Of a stretch of DNA of 64,000 bases, positions 9,723 to 19,344 are shown one piece after another. Under the pieces are notes generated by a model. That model was not told the DNA's origin. It was given only the letters and a program-made list of their open reading frames with translations, and did not search any database. The translations under genes and the position numbers were made by a program. Position 1 is the stretch's first letter. Each line of letters opens with the position of its first letter. The DNA comes from Promethearchaeota archaeon (lineage in GTDB: Archaea > Asgardarchaeota > Heimdallarchaeia > Hodarchaeales > Hodarchaeaceae): positions 97,771 through 161,770 of the forward strand of contig JBHLMN010000015.1 of NCBI GenBank assembly GCA_048938105.1, read 5' to 3'.

Positions 9723-10047
9723 GTACTGTAACAGCCTACTCCTCATCAATCCTCATAAATTTTGTTCTTAACATTGTTCTTTTTCTTCGTTTTCTATTAT
9801 TAGTGACTAATCACACTATCAAAGGCCATCATTTTTCATTTCCTAGGATTTTTTTGTCTTCAATAAATGTGAATAAAGTAAAACCCTACCATTAGCAGTA
9901 TTAGACCAAAACTAGTGATTATAACACTATTATAAAGGTCTGAAAGCCCACACGTTCTTTATAGCAAAAAAAGACCTTTCCAATCCTTAACAATTCATAT
10001 TCAAGGGAAAAAATCCCCCCTCACGTGTCTCCCCTAGTATTTTTTCT

Positions 10048-10620
10048 ATTGTAGGTTATGGCTTAGTGATGTCTATGGACAATGGGGACGATCAATGGGC
10101 TCCAACCAATGAAGGTGGTAGGGCATGGAGTCAACCCCGATAAGCAGCCACAGGCCAGTTCACCGTTATTGTTGAGAATGACCCAGATAATGTCAAGATG
10201 AGCCGCTGGAACTTCTCCTATTCTGTTCCTGTTTCGTTTAGTTCGGGAAATGCCAGTTTTGAAGACGGATCTGTTGCTTCTGATTACTGGGAGAAATTTT
10301 TGAATAGTTTCCTTCCAGTTATCGTCATTATAGCCTTGATCATTGAAATCATTGCAGCCATTGTCATCTTGAATGTTGTTGGAACCATTCTACTTGGGGG
10401 TACTACAATGATGATATTAGATATCCTAGCAATATCTGCTTTAGGATTCGAATTGCTTTACACTCATAGATTGGGGGATTTTGAAGGATGTGATGAATAC
10501 AATTCAAATTGGCTAGCTCGTTTCCTGTACCATTATATCTGTGATTGGGATGGTACTACTGTCCGTATTGTGGTGATGAATGATAAATTTGACCCTTTTA
10601 CTATCAGATTTACTGAATAA
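10048..10620 (+). pseudogene. C-terminal remnant of a larger hydrophobic protein (cassette A, putative toxin tip)
   Basis: The frame of ORF 10198-10620 continues upstream through an in-frame TAA at 10141-10143; long hydrophobic segment; C-terminus homologous to 13948-14247. Confidence 0.55.
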
Positions 10621-10661
10621 TCTTTTAAACAACAAAAATAATAATTCTTGAGGTATATTTA

Positions 10662-11153
10662 ATGGTCATTTGTAAATACTGCCAGGCGAAAGAAGCAATT
10701 GCCAGACATAGTTCAGTGTTTTTTGATTATTGTTCTCTCAATTGCTGGATTCGTGGTAATGCATGGTTTAACATTCTCGCTGGAGTGGTAATTATCTTCA
10801 TTGATTTGATCGCGTTAATCTCTAACATTGGATTACTCGCTGTGATGTTTTCCTATTTTGCTGTTGGCGCACCTATCCTCATTATTATAGGGATCATTGG
10901 TCTAATACTCAAAGCAGTCAAACCTATGCACCTTAATTCCGACCAAATATCAAATCAAATTACTGAGTTAAGAAATAGCCTTGAACAGGATATCCAACGT
11001 TTAGATTTCACTGATTTAGAGTCTAAGCAATTGGTCGAGAGGTTTAATAACCAAAAATCACAATTTATCGAAAAGAAAATTCCCCCACAATTCTATCTCA
11101 AATGGTTACGTGATTTTAAAAAAACTATCGGCACCAAACTTCAGGAATTTTAA
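10662..11153 (+). CDS. Zn-finger (CxxC...CxxxC) two-TM membrane protein, cassette A
   Basis: CKYC...YCSLNC, two hydrophobic helices, helical C-terminus YLKWLRDFKKTIGTKLQEF shared with 14258-14779. Confidence 0.8.
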   Translation: MVICKYCQAKEAIARHSSVFFDYCSLNCWIRGNAWFNILAGVVIIFIDLIALISNIGLLAVMFSYFAVGAPILIIIGIIGLILKAVKPMHLNSDQISNQITELRNSLEQDIQRLDFTDLESKQLVERFNNQKSQFIEKKIPPQFYLKWLRDFKKTIGTKLQEF

Positions 11154-11159
11154 TCTTTT

Positions 11160-11315
11160 TTTACCGTTTGAATGAATCTCCTCTTTTTAAATTCGTTTCC
11201 CTTCTTTTTCCTACTTCCTTACTCCCTTTCTCGTCGTTTTTCTTTTTCAAGGGCGACTTTTTCTTTGTCCCTGATGTATTCTCGGATCGCTGCTTCTATA
11301 AATTCGTCTTGTACA
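11160..11315 (-). pseudogene. RHH regulator relic
   Basis: Minus strand reads ..DEFIEAAIREYIRDKEKS.., matching FIEAAIREYIRNKEE of 8574-8816. Confidence 0.7.
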
Positions 11316-11405
11316 TCGGTCTGTCTTCTCGTTTGTGGGCATTGCACTCATTAACGAATAGATTTGCTCCCTTACCACTGTTATTGTTTATATCTGTAGA
11401 TTCCA

Positions 11406-11550
11406 TTACTGAAATAAATACACATCAACATCTATGATTGGTTTGTACCCAATGGTTTGATAGATTTTATTCGATGTTGGATTGGCTAAATCAGTAAAAA
11501 GAAAACAATATGTTTTTCCTTCATCTAGTATATTTTGACTTAATTTTGCT
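11406..11550 (-). pseudogene. Duplicated 3' end (48 codons) of the GNAT gene
   Basis: Matches 15022-15166 with one mismatch by eye. Confidence 0.9.
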
Positions 11551-11820
11551 TTAAAAAGCACACATCCTAACATTACTTATGATTCAGATCAAATTCGCGA
11601 TGTATATGGTCTGGACAAACGGATTTATCCTAGAAAGTATTCAAGAATCAATGAGAATAATCGAAAATAATCTAGTAAATTGAGTTGCAGAGACAGTTAT
11701 CTGGGTCAAACCGGTAATCCTGATTTCATCAGCTTTTAATTGACCAAAAAAAATGAAAGAAAGGAATGTGCTTTGGAAAACTCATCTCTGGACTATAGTC
11801 TAGGGTTTTCCTCCTGCTTC

Positions 11821-13083
11821 TTAATCGTACTCCTCGTACTCATGCCAATACGGCCTTTCACAGTTTTCTCCACACTCTTCAGTGGCTTCCCATACCGCAG
11901 CAGCAGCAAGACCTTCTGCAACAAGGCAGGCAACATGCGCGCCTAGGCAGCAACCAGCTGAAACGTGACACTTGATTGCTGCAGCAACGACGCCAGCAAT
12001 TCCTAAAATTCTAAAAGCGTCGCAACAAGCTTTGCAAAGTGTCTCGCTCTCGAATGCAGAACATCCTGCTCGTCCCGCACTAGCCTCGGGCCCATACATA
12101 ATCTGGCCAGTGGGACCTTCTTCCCCTGTTCCCTCACCTACGGTTGTATGGAATAGGTGTCCAGCAACTCCGAGTTTTTTAATATCCACAGTATTAGCCA
12201 CAGTTGCCATAACAGAATGTAATGTACCGTGTACGTTATCTATTGTTTCTTCTTCCTCCTCCTCTTCCTCTTCTGGTGCATAGACAACATAAGTATTCCA
12301 ATGGAAGATTTTTCTCAAAGATGTCTTTTTTAAAGCAACTTCTTTGAATCCTAGGATTAAGGTTTTTTTTCTGTCTGTAAATCTTTCAAGCTGCTTTAAT
12401 TTTACTGGTCTCCATTTGCCGTTTTTCAAAGCAAGAACCTTATTGTAAAAACCTGTAAATCGTTTGCTTCTATCTGGAATCATTTTGTTGAGTCTGCTAA
12501 CAATTTTATCTTTTTTTATTTTTTCTAATTCCTTTGGACGTATATGCTTGTAAAATAGTGTATCAAATCCAGTATTATCAAGAGTATAGATTCCATATCT
12601 GGATCTTTTCTTTATGTCATAAGTGTTGATGAGAATAAATTCTCTATATCCGAAGGCAAAGGCACCAACTCGCCGAGACATTCTAGGGTCGAATGTTCTA
12701 CGAGTAAGGAATGCTGCACGTGTGTTGTTAGGTGTAACATGAAATGAAAGCTTTTTTGAGATATATTCAATAAGCTCCTTACTTCTCTCCATATCTATCG
12801 CTGAAATTGTGAACGAATCGTTCAATGAGACCCCTCCTAGGTCATAGGTAAATTCCTCAATCAATTTGAATGGGAGTGCTGAACCATTTACCTCAAATTC
12901 ATTAGATCTTGTCTTTAGAGTTGTTAGATACTCCTGATCCTCAATTGGTGATTCGACATACGATGCAATACTGTCCCCATAAGAAATTCGTACTAGATCT
13001 GTGAATGGTGAATCACTAGTCTCAGCAATTTTTTCAAATAGTGGTTTTCCACCTTCAATATTTTTTTCGTCTTTTTTTTCCAT
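11821..13083 (-). CDS. Hypothetical precursor-like protein with poly-Glu linker and C-terminal 10-Cys hydrophobic domain (halocin C8-like architecture)
   Basis: 420-aa ORF with an upstream GGAGG SD; E9 linker; C-x8-C-x2-CC-x17-C-x5-CC-x6-C-x17-C-x3-C. Confidence 0.7.
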   Translation of the reverse strand: MEKKDEKNIEGGKPLFEKIAETSDSPFTDLVRISYGDSIASYVESPIEDQEYLTTLKTRSNEFEVNGSALPFKLIEEFTYDLGGVSLNDSFTISAIDMERSKELIEYISKKLSFHVTPNNTRAAFLTRRTFDPRMSRRVGAFAFGYREFILINTYDIKKRSRYGIYTLDNTGFDTLFYKHIRPKELEKIKKDKIVSRLNKMIPDRSKRFTGFYNKVLALKNGKWRPVKLKQLERFTDRKKTLILGFKEVALKKTSLRKIFHWNTYVVYAPEEEEEEEEETIDNVHGTLHSVMATVANTVDIKKLGVAGHLFHTTVGEGTGEEGPTGQIMYGPEASAGRAGCSAFESETLCKACCDAFRILGIAGVVAAAIKCHVSAGCCLGAHVACLVAEGLAAAAVWEATEECGENCERPYWHEYEEYD

Positions 13084-13107
13084 TCAAGGTTCCTCCATTC
13101 CAATTAC

Positions 13108-13461
13108 TCAATCAACTAATGCTAGAAGTCTCGACATATCATTCAGACTTGAATCATCCCTGATCTTAGACTTTAGCTTTCCATTCATGAAAGCTCTCAT
13201 GGGGGATAATTTTCCATCTATTATATCTTGGATTGATTTAGTTGTAGTAGTGATTGTAAATTCAGGATTCTCTGTAGTACCTCCCTTGACAGAACCAGTT
13301 CCGTCTTGGAAGATAATATAACAAGCAGCACTTGGATTATCGATGAAATCAAACTGGAGAGTCCTGTTGAAATCCATAAACCGTACTTTAAGTTTCTCAT
13401 CATCTAATTTTACTACCATTTTTCCAATGAACTCCATAATCTCTTCTTTTGATAATGACAT
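13108..13461 (-). CDS. SCP2 sterol/lipid-binding domain protein
   Basis: LQFDF, PEFTIT, IIDGKLSPMRAFMNGKLK SCP2 signature; start at the ATG at 13461 after AGGAGG. Confidence 0.88.
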   Translation of the reverse strand: MSLSKEEIMEFIGKMVVKLDDEKLKVRFMDFNRTLQFDFIDNPSAACYIIFQDGTGSVKGGTTENPEFTITTTTKSIQDIIDGKLSPMRAFMNGKLKSKIRDDSSLNDMSRLLALVD

Positions 13462-13711
13462 TTTTCGCATCCTCCTTGAATTTTGCAATCTTGGGAGTGT
13501 GAGTGATTCCCAATGCATTCTTCAAAAACACATCTACATTAAATGTAGGCATTTTTTATACCACAAAGATCTATATAAGGATTGTTACTAACACTAGAGA
13601 GCCACTTTTTTAATGGTCCTTAAATTTAAAAATGAAGTATAAAGAAAAATAAGAATCAATTACAAGCAGATAAGAAAAATCACAATCCCAATAATTATTT
13701 TAGATTTTACA

Positions 13712-13966
13712 GTGACATTTCTTACCTCATTAGTCCCAGAAGATCCCAGTTCTATTTTTTATCATATAAAATTCTTTTCTGCTATAATTTTCTATATTGG
13801 AACAATTATTCTTGTTTGGCCAATCATTGAAAGGGTAAATAGACCTTTTAAAGAGCGAGAAAGAAGAAAAAAAGAAGAGGAAGAAATTAAGAGACTTCTT
13901 TATGAATTCCAACACCCAATAAAAAATGATGTAGAGGGATCAGATGATTGGTTAAAAAGAGAATAA
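13712..13966 (+). CDS. Small membrane protein (5' end possibly frameshifted)
   Basis: TM segment followed by a charged tail; frame open upstream to 13643 with another hydrophobic stretch. Confidence 0.45.
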   Translation: MTFLTSLVPEDPSSIFYHIKFFSAIIFYIGTIILVWPIIERVNRPFKERERRKKEEEEIKRLLYEFQHPIKNDVEGSDDWLKRE

Positions 13967-14247
13967 ACAAATGCTGGTCCATTAATATCATCCAAAAAGT
14001 TTTGAATGTAGGTGCAGCAGCTATCTCTGCTAAATTAGCTTTAACCATAGATCTTATTACTGTCGGATTCATGTTTAATGAAATAGTTGTTACCCATGAA
14101 CTTGGAGGATATGAAGGTAGTGACGAGTACAACCAATCTTGGTGGTTCCGTGTGTTTTATCATTATATTTATGACTGGGATGACACAATTGCACGGATTG
14201 TAATTTATGGCGACAGTTTTGATCCGTTTAATGTTCGGTTTATTTAG
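13948..14247 (+). pseudogene. C-terminal fragment homologous to 10198-10620 (cassette B, putative toxin tip)
   Basis: THELGGYEGSDEYN..FYHYIYDWDDTIARIV..FDPFNVRF vs THRLGDFEGCDEYN..LYHYICDWDGTTVRIV..FDPFTIRF. Confidence 0.65.
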
Positions 14248-14257
14248 GTGAGGAAAA

Positions 14258-14779
14258 ATGACCACTTGTCAGTATTGTCATTCAAAAGACGCTGTTAGAA
14301 GGTGGAGTCTGTTCATCTTTGATAGAAATTATTGTTCCTTTTCCTGTTGGTTTCGTGGAAGCGCGCCTCTTTGTTTATCAGCTGGGGTGGTAGTCTTAAT
14401 TAATGGTCTTTTACTAGATATCTTTTCAGTACTATTAACAGGAGGGGAACCCCTTTCTTTCTCAGGGATGTTAATAATTGGATTTTTCAATTTAGTTGGA
14501 TTTTTATTGATTTTCTTTGGCATAATCGGACTAATAACCAGAAAAATCGCCCCTAGTACCCCTCCTGAAATGATCAGTGAACAGATCACCGAGCTAAAAG
14601 ACGAGATCGATCTAAAAATTCAACAACTAGATTTAACACAATTGGACTTTAAGCAATGGGTTGAGAGGTATAACAATATGAAGGTTGAATTTATAGAGGG
14701 AAAGATTCTACCCCAATATTATCTCAAATGGTTACGTGATTTCAAAAAAACCATCGGTACCAAACTTCAGGAATTTTAA
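14258..14779 (+). CDS. Zn-finger two-TM membrane protein, cassette B
   Basis: CQYC...YCSFSC, two TM helices, same C-terminus as 10662-11153; GGTGAGG SD. Confidence 0.8.
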   Translation: MTTCQYCHSKDAVRRWSLFIFDRNYCSFSCWFRGSAPLCLSAGVVVLINGLLLDIFSVLLTGGEPLSFSGMLIIGFFNLVGFLLIFFGIIGLITRKIAPSTPPEMISEQITELKDEIDLKIQQLDLTQLDFKQWVERYNNMKVEFIEGKILPQYYLKWLRDFKKTIGTKLQEF

Positions 14780-15166
14780 TCGTTTTTTTCCGTTTGAATG
14801 AATCTCCTCTTTTTAAATTCGTTTTCCTTCTTTTTCCTACTTCCTTACTCCTTTTCTCGCCGTTTTTTTTTTCAAGGGCGAATTCTTCCTTGTCCCTGAA
14901 GTATGATCCCTCTTCTATTTTGTATAGGACTTCCTGCTGTTTTTTCATTCATATTCATTACGCTCATTAATGAATAGATCTGCTCCCTTGCCACTGTTAT
15001 TGTTTATTTCTGTAGATTCCATTACTGAAATAAATACACATCAACATCTATGATTGGTTTGTACCCAACGGTTTGATAGATTTTATTCGATGTTGGATTG
15101 GCTAAATCAGTAAAAAGAAAACAATATGTTTTTCCTTCATCTAGTATATTTTGACTTAATTTTGCT
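14720..15166 (+). repeat. ~450 bp direct repeat, copy 2
   Basis: Near-identical to 11094-11550; includes a second RHH relic (FRDKEEFALEK). Confidence 0.9.
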
Positions 15167-15879
15167 ACTACTTCCGTCCCATATCCGTGTCTTCGATGTT
15201 TTGGAGGAGTATACACAGCATTAATTGTCTGGCCGTTGGGTGTGGTTCCTGCTTTTCTTGCCATGGACACAATTTTATTATTGACTTTGAGGAAATAGAT
15301 CATTCTTCGCTCGATGGCTTGATCGATCCGTTTCTGTGTTATTGTTGGCTCTTCAGGAGGTTGGTTCGGGACTGCCTCCTTTACAAAAGCCCTCATCCAT
15401 TCAAGAATAAGTGGTTTATCACGTCTTGTTGCTGGTACAAATTCATGGGAGCCTAATGTTTTGGAGTTTACTTCCTCTAGCTGATATATACGTTCATTCA
15501 TATCGAGATGAAGTTTCTTACCATGTCTCTTTGCCCATAATTGGCCAAATTTCAGTGCTCCATCTTTAAATCCGAGAATACCTGGAATATCTGGGATTTT
15601 GTTCGACAGTTCTTCCACAAGTGAAGGAATGGTTGCCAGATCTTCGGTATAAGATATCAACTGATTATAAGGTGGTGTTCGTATGGATATTAATTTCAAT
15701 ACATTGTCATCAGCAATTGAAATCAATATTGGGCTGTATTCTTCACTGTATGTGTGAGGATTTTTTCTCAGGTTCTTTAGAATGCCAAAAAGTAAATTAT
15801 TCTCTGCTTCATTTTTTGCTAAGAAAGGAAAGCATAAGTCACAAAATTTGCGTATATCTGAATAGAAGGTAATTTTCAC
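15022..15879 (-). CDS. GNAT family N-acetyltransferase
   Basis: INAVYTPPKHRRHGYG acetyl-CoA motif A, LFTDLANPTSNKIYQTVGY. Confidence 0.9.
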   Translation of the reverse strand: MKITFYSDIRKFCDLCFPFLAKNEAENNLLFGILKNLRKNPHTYSEEYSPILISIADDNVLKLISIRTPPYNQLISYTEDLATIPSLVEELSNKIPDIPGILGFKDGALKFGQLWAKRHGKKLHLDMNERIYQLEEVNSKTLGSHEFVPATRRDKPLILEWMRAFVKEAVPNQPPEEPTITQKRIDQAIERRMIYFLKVNNKIVSMARKAGTTPNGQTINAVYTPPKHRRHGYGTEVVAKLSQNILDEGKTYCFLFTDLANPTSNKIYQTVGYKPIIDVDVYLFQ

Positions 15880-15965
15880 AGTTTTTCAACTTATTAAAAT
15901 CCTAGCTGCCATGTTTTTGAATCTAGTTTAGTGATCGCTGATAGAGAGTCAGTTAGATAAATCTA

Positions 15966-16259
15966 TTATTTCATCACCTTATTTACTTCTGATGCAAAAA
16001 TGAGTGTGGCGGCGATATCATCAACACTCTCCCCTAGATCTTTAAAATTCTCTAATTTCTCCCTCATTGTTTGGATCATTGCTTTGTACACTGCATATTG
16101 CTTATCAAGTGGATATTTTGAGTATAAGCTCGCCATTGCAAGTAATGAGGCAATTCTTGCCGTCTTTCGCGGGTCTTTACGAAACTTTTTATCATCTGCT
16201 TTCATAAATTCCTGAAGTTTGCTAAAACGATTAAAAACATCTAAGTAGGCTTCGGACAT
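15966..16259 (-). CDS. Hypothetical helical protein
   Basis: 97-aa ORF with typical composition and an AGAGG SD. Confidence 0.6.
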   Translation of the reverse strand: MSEAYLDVFNRFSKLQEFMKADDKKFRKDPRKTARIASLLAMASLYSKYPLDKQYAVYKAMIQTMREKLENFKDLGESVDDIAATLIFASEVNKVMK

Positions 16260-16558
16260 TTTCTTTTATCCTCTCTTATCAGCTTCTATTTATGTATGTT
16301 CTGAATAAAGTCATTAGTAAGGATTTTAATAAAGTATTAGCCCTTTTTATTTATAGTTCTGAGATTTGGTAACTGACTTAAACCGAATATAAAAAATTTT
16401 ATTGTATTATCATATATAATATTTAGCCAATAATAAGTACCAGCCATCATAAGATACATTGATATTTATTTTTGCGATTGAGGCAGAAGGATACCACATG
16501 GATCTTCTCGGATTTCCTTAAATTATCAGTAAATTGGGTAAAAAAGCGGGATTAAATC

Positions 16559-17014
16559 ATGCTTACAGAGGACGAATGGTTAGATAGACTAGCAATCGAA
16601 GCACAAGAGCTCGCGCGTGAGCAACCAACTTTTCGTACAGTTGATAATAATTTAACACATTGGCGGGGAGAGATATTAGGCTCGGGTTTGTATGAAGGGG
16701 GAGTATTTTTCATTGAAATTCATATTCCTCGGAAATATCCATTTGAACCCCCCAAAGTTCGTTTTAAAACTCCAATTTGGCATGTCAACATCTTTAAAGA
16801 GAAGGTATGTGTTGGAATCTTGGGGAAGGAATGGAGTCCCGCGTATAGTCTTGTTCAGATTGTTGAAACCATCAGATTCCTGTTAAATAGCCCGAATCCT
16901 GATGATCCGCTAAATGCCACGGCATCTCGTCAATGGAAGAAAGATCGGGAGCAATTCAGGCAACAAGCAGTGGATTATGTTAAAAGATATGCCCACTGGA
17001 ATCAGCAGTACTGA
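16559..17014 (+). CDS. Ubiquitin-conjugating enzyme E2
   Basis: YEGGVF, YPFEPPKVRFKTPIWHVNI, catalytic Cys (KVCVGIL), WSPAYSL, PNPDDPLN. Confidence 0.95.
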   Translation: MLTEDEWLDRLAIEAQELAREQPTFRTVDNNLTHWRGEILGSGLYEGGVFFIEIHIPRKYPFEPPKVRFKTPIWHVNIFKEKVCVGILGKEWSPAYSLVQIVETIRFLLNSPNPDDPLNATASRQWKKDREQFRQQAVDYVKRYAHWNQQY

Positions 17015-17016
17015 AT

Positions 17017-18033
17017 CTAGACGCCACGATGGATTTCTCGTTTTACAGTGTACTTCGGAGGATGTTCTAATCGGGCAAAGATATGGTCTGCGTTGACCTC
17101 TTCTTTCAACCTATCCAACCAATCGACGTCCTCTTCGTTTTCCAAGCCCCAAATAAAAAGAGCTTTTTTGTAACCACTTTCTTCATATAAAGTAGAACTT
17201 CTAATTGATCGCAATAATATGTCCCAACCTGAAGTATCAGGTTCAGGGTACATTGGAGAGTAAGGCATGAGATGAAAGACAATGTAACCACTAATTTCAA
17301 TAATTGCATCAAGATTGATTCCAAAATGACGAATGAATCCCTCACTCCAATCAGTTTCAGGATCAACTGGAACTATCATCCCAACATCCAGATCTGGATG
17401 TTCACCTTTAGCCATTTCTGTTGCCTCTCGAAAGGCTGTGGTAATAAGATCGGCGCGCCATTCTTCAAAAATTCTCTGGATCGCAGGATCCTTCTGAATG
17501 TCGAGGTACGTAATGTCTAGGCTTGATCCAGAGATTTCAGCAAATTTTCTCACACTTCGTCGGGAAAATGAGTACTCTTGTCTGGGGAATAAAAATTCTT
17601 GTAAGATCAGTGATTTGATGGGTTTTGTGGCTACCTCGCGGGCAATATGGTTCAAGTGTTTCCAATAGCCTTCCATTGATGGGTCTACATAATCGTGTAT
17701 TGCAGTTCCGTCAGATCGGCCAATGGAATAATTAGGATCTGCGCCAAGATATGAATCACCAAATGCATAAGATATTGCATGAGTTCTAATACCCAGATCA
17801 CTAGCTAATTCAGTAAAATCTGTGAAAAAATTTTCATAATTACGATCACTGGGAGCAGCTCCAGATCGATAAGTCACTAATCCATCTTCTTTTTTACAAA
17901 CTAGAGCCACTTCCTCGACTAAACCACCATACTCGGCTAAAAAAGCGTTTGCACCCTTTTCTGCTGGAGAATCTTTGGCTGTGGGATCAATAACGGGAAT
18001 ATAATTATGGTCGATTAATTGGTCAATCTTCAA
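17017..18033 (-). CDS. Glycoside-hydrolase-like (GHL10/DUF187-type) TIM-barrel protein
   Basis: YVDPS, LQEFLFP, EEWRADLIT and HLMPY resemble GHL10 segments; no signal peptide. Confidence 0.5.
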   Translation of the reverse strand: MKIDQLIDHNYIPVIDPTAKDSPAEKGANAFLAEYGGLVEEVALVCKKEDGLVTYRSGAAPSDRNYENFFTDFTELASDLGIRTHAISYAFGDSYLGADPNYSIGRSDGTAIHDYVDPSMEGYWKHLNHIAREVATKPIKSLILQEFLFPRQEYSFSRRSVRKFAEISGSSLDITYLDIQKDPAIQRIFEEWRADLITTAFREATEMAKGEHPDLDVGMIVPVDPETDWSEGFIRHFGINLDAIIEISGYIVFHLMPYSPMYPEPDTSGWDILLRSIRSSTLYEESGYKKALFIWGLENEEDVDWLDRLKEEVNADHIFARLEHPPKYTVKREIHRGV

Positions 18034-18231
18034 TTCTCACATCTACCAACTTTGCTTAGAAGATACTTGGTTATTAGAATCTTTCTTTTTGCATTGCTTT
18101 TTAAAAATTATCCTTTCTTTTGATTTTAGTACTTAAGAACGATTAATTATCTCCTCAAACACAAACCATTAAAAATTCGAAGATTAGAAAGGGAATAAAT
18201 AATAACAAATCTCGAATCATGGTGAAACTAG

Positions 18232-19182
18232 ATGACTAATTTTGTAGAATGGGCTTCGGGAATCTATCGGGTAGTAGATGATGTTGGAAAACAGGGTGAA
18301 GAATATGCCAGCTATCTTGTTCTGGGTGATGAAAAAATCGCTATTATCGATCTTCCTTCACGCTCTATCGGAAAAGATATCATTTCCTTTGTGAAAAAAG
18401 CTGGTCGTGACCCTTCGACAGAAATTCGATATCTTATTCTTACTCACACTCACCCCGATCATTGGGCTGGGATTGATTCATTAAAAAAAATCCAACCACA
18501 AGTGTGGCTTCATGAATCTGGGGTAGACGCATTAAAAGAAGGGAAGAAATATATATTGGAGAAGCAGTTTCCTAACCCCTCTAAATTCAGCTTAGCAATG
18601 AAATCTTCCCTTTTCTCTAAAATTGGAAAAGTAAAAGAGGAGCTTATCCACCCATTTGATAAAAGTGAGACACTTGATTTGGGGGGCGAAGAACTCATTT
18701 TACAAAATTCTGGTGGCCACTCTGCCGATTCTATATTAATTCAAGCTTATCGCGGAGGATGTACTTTTATTGGAGATGAAGGTAATATATATCCAGAGAA
18801 ACCAGCTGCCTTCTTTATTGACAGCACAGGAAGCCCAGACAGAAGATTAAAACTGTTAGAGTTGTTGAGCAACCTTAAAACGGAAGTAATCTGTCCTACC
18901 CATCAAAGTCCAGTCCCAAAACCCGTTGAACTTTATATTAACGATTTAATCTTTGAACATAAGCATACCAAAGATACAATCTATGATCTGGTAGTTAGTG
19001 CAGGTGAAGCTAAAGGATTCTATATTGCAGAGGAATATCAACGCATTTTAGGTTTTAATTGGGAAACACCATTTAAAGAGTTGGGTGTTGCCGAAACAAC
19101 TGTGACTGCGTTCCTTAAACAGCTAGAGAAAGAGGGAAGAGTTCGTTACGAATCCCATACTCAACGTTGGTGTATCCTCTAA
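18232..19182 (+). CDS. MBL-fold metallo-hydrolase with C-terminal winged helix
   Basis: THTHPDHWAG, GGHSADS, IGD and CPTH motifs. Confidence 0.88.
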   Translation: MTNFVEWASGIYRVVDDVGKQGEEYASYLVLGDEKIAIIDLPSRSIGKDIISFVKKAGRDPSTEIRYLILTHTHPDHWAGIDSLKKIQPQVWLHESGVDALKEGKKYILEKQFPNPSKFSLAMKSSLFSKIGKVKEELIHPFDKSETLDLGGEELILQNSGGHSADSILIQAYRGGCTFIGDEGNIYPEKPAAFFIDSTGSPDRRLKLLELLSNLKTEVICPTHQSPVPKPVELYINDLIFEHKHTKDTIYDLVVSAGEAKGFYIAEEYQRILGFNWETPFKELGVAETTVTAFLKQLEKEGRVRYESHTQRWCIL

Positions 19183-19344
19183 TATGCTTTATTTTCCTAC
19201 ACTTTTCATTTAAATAATAGCATAGTCTACTTCATGTAAAAACAAAGTATAGTAAAGAAAAAATAGAGTTAGAGGTTTGAAAGTTCTATTTTCCTAATTT
19301 TTGGCCTAACTCTCCTGATTTAACCTTAAACATATAACACATGG

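Larger units (their letters stand above)
11094..11550 (+). repeat. ~450 bp direct repeat, copy 1 (membrane-gene 3' end + RHH relic + GNAT 3' end)
   Basis: Near-identical to 14720-15166 except for an internal segment at ~11275-11345. Confidence 0.9.

Noticed and set aside
11168-11437. Plus-strand 89-aa and 60-aa ORFs
   Set aside because: Antisense shadows of the RHH relic and the GNAT duplicate
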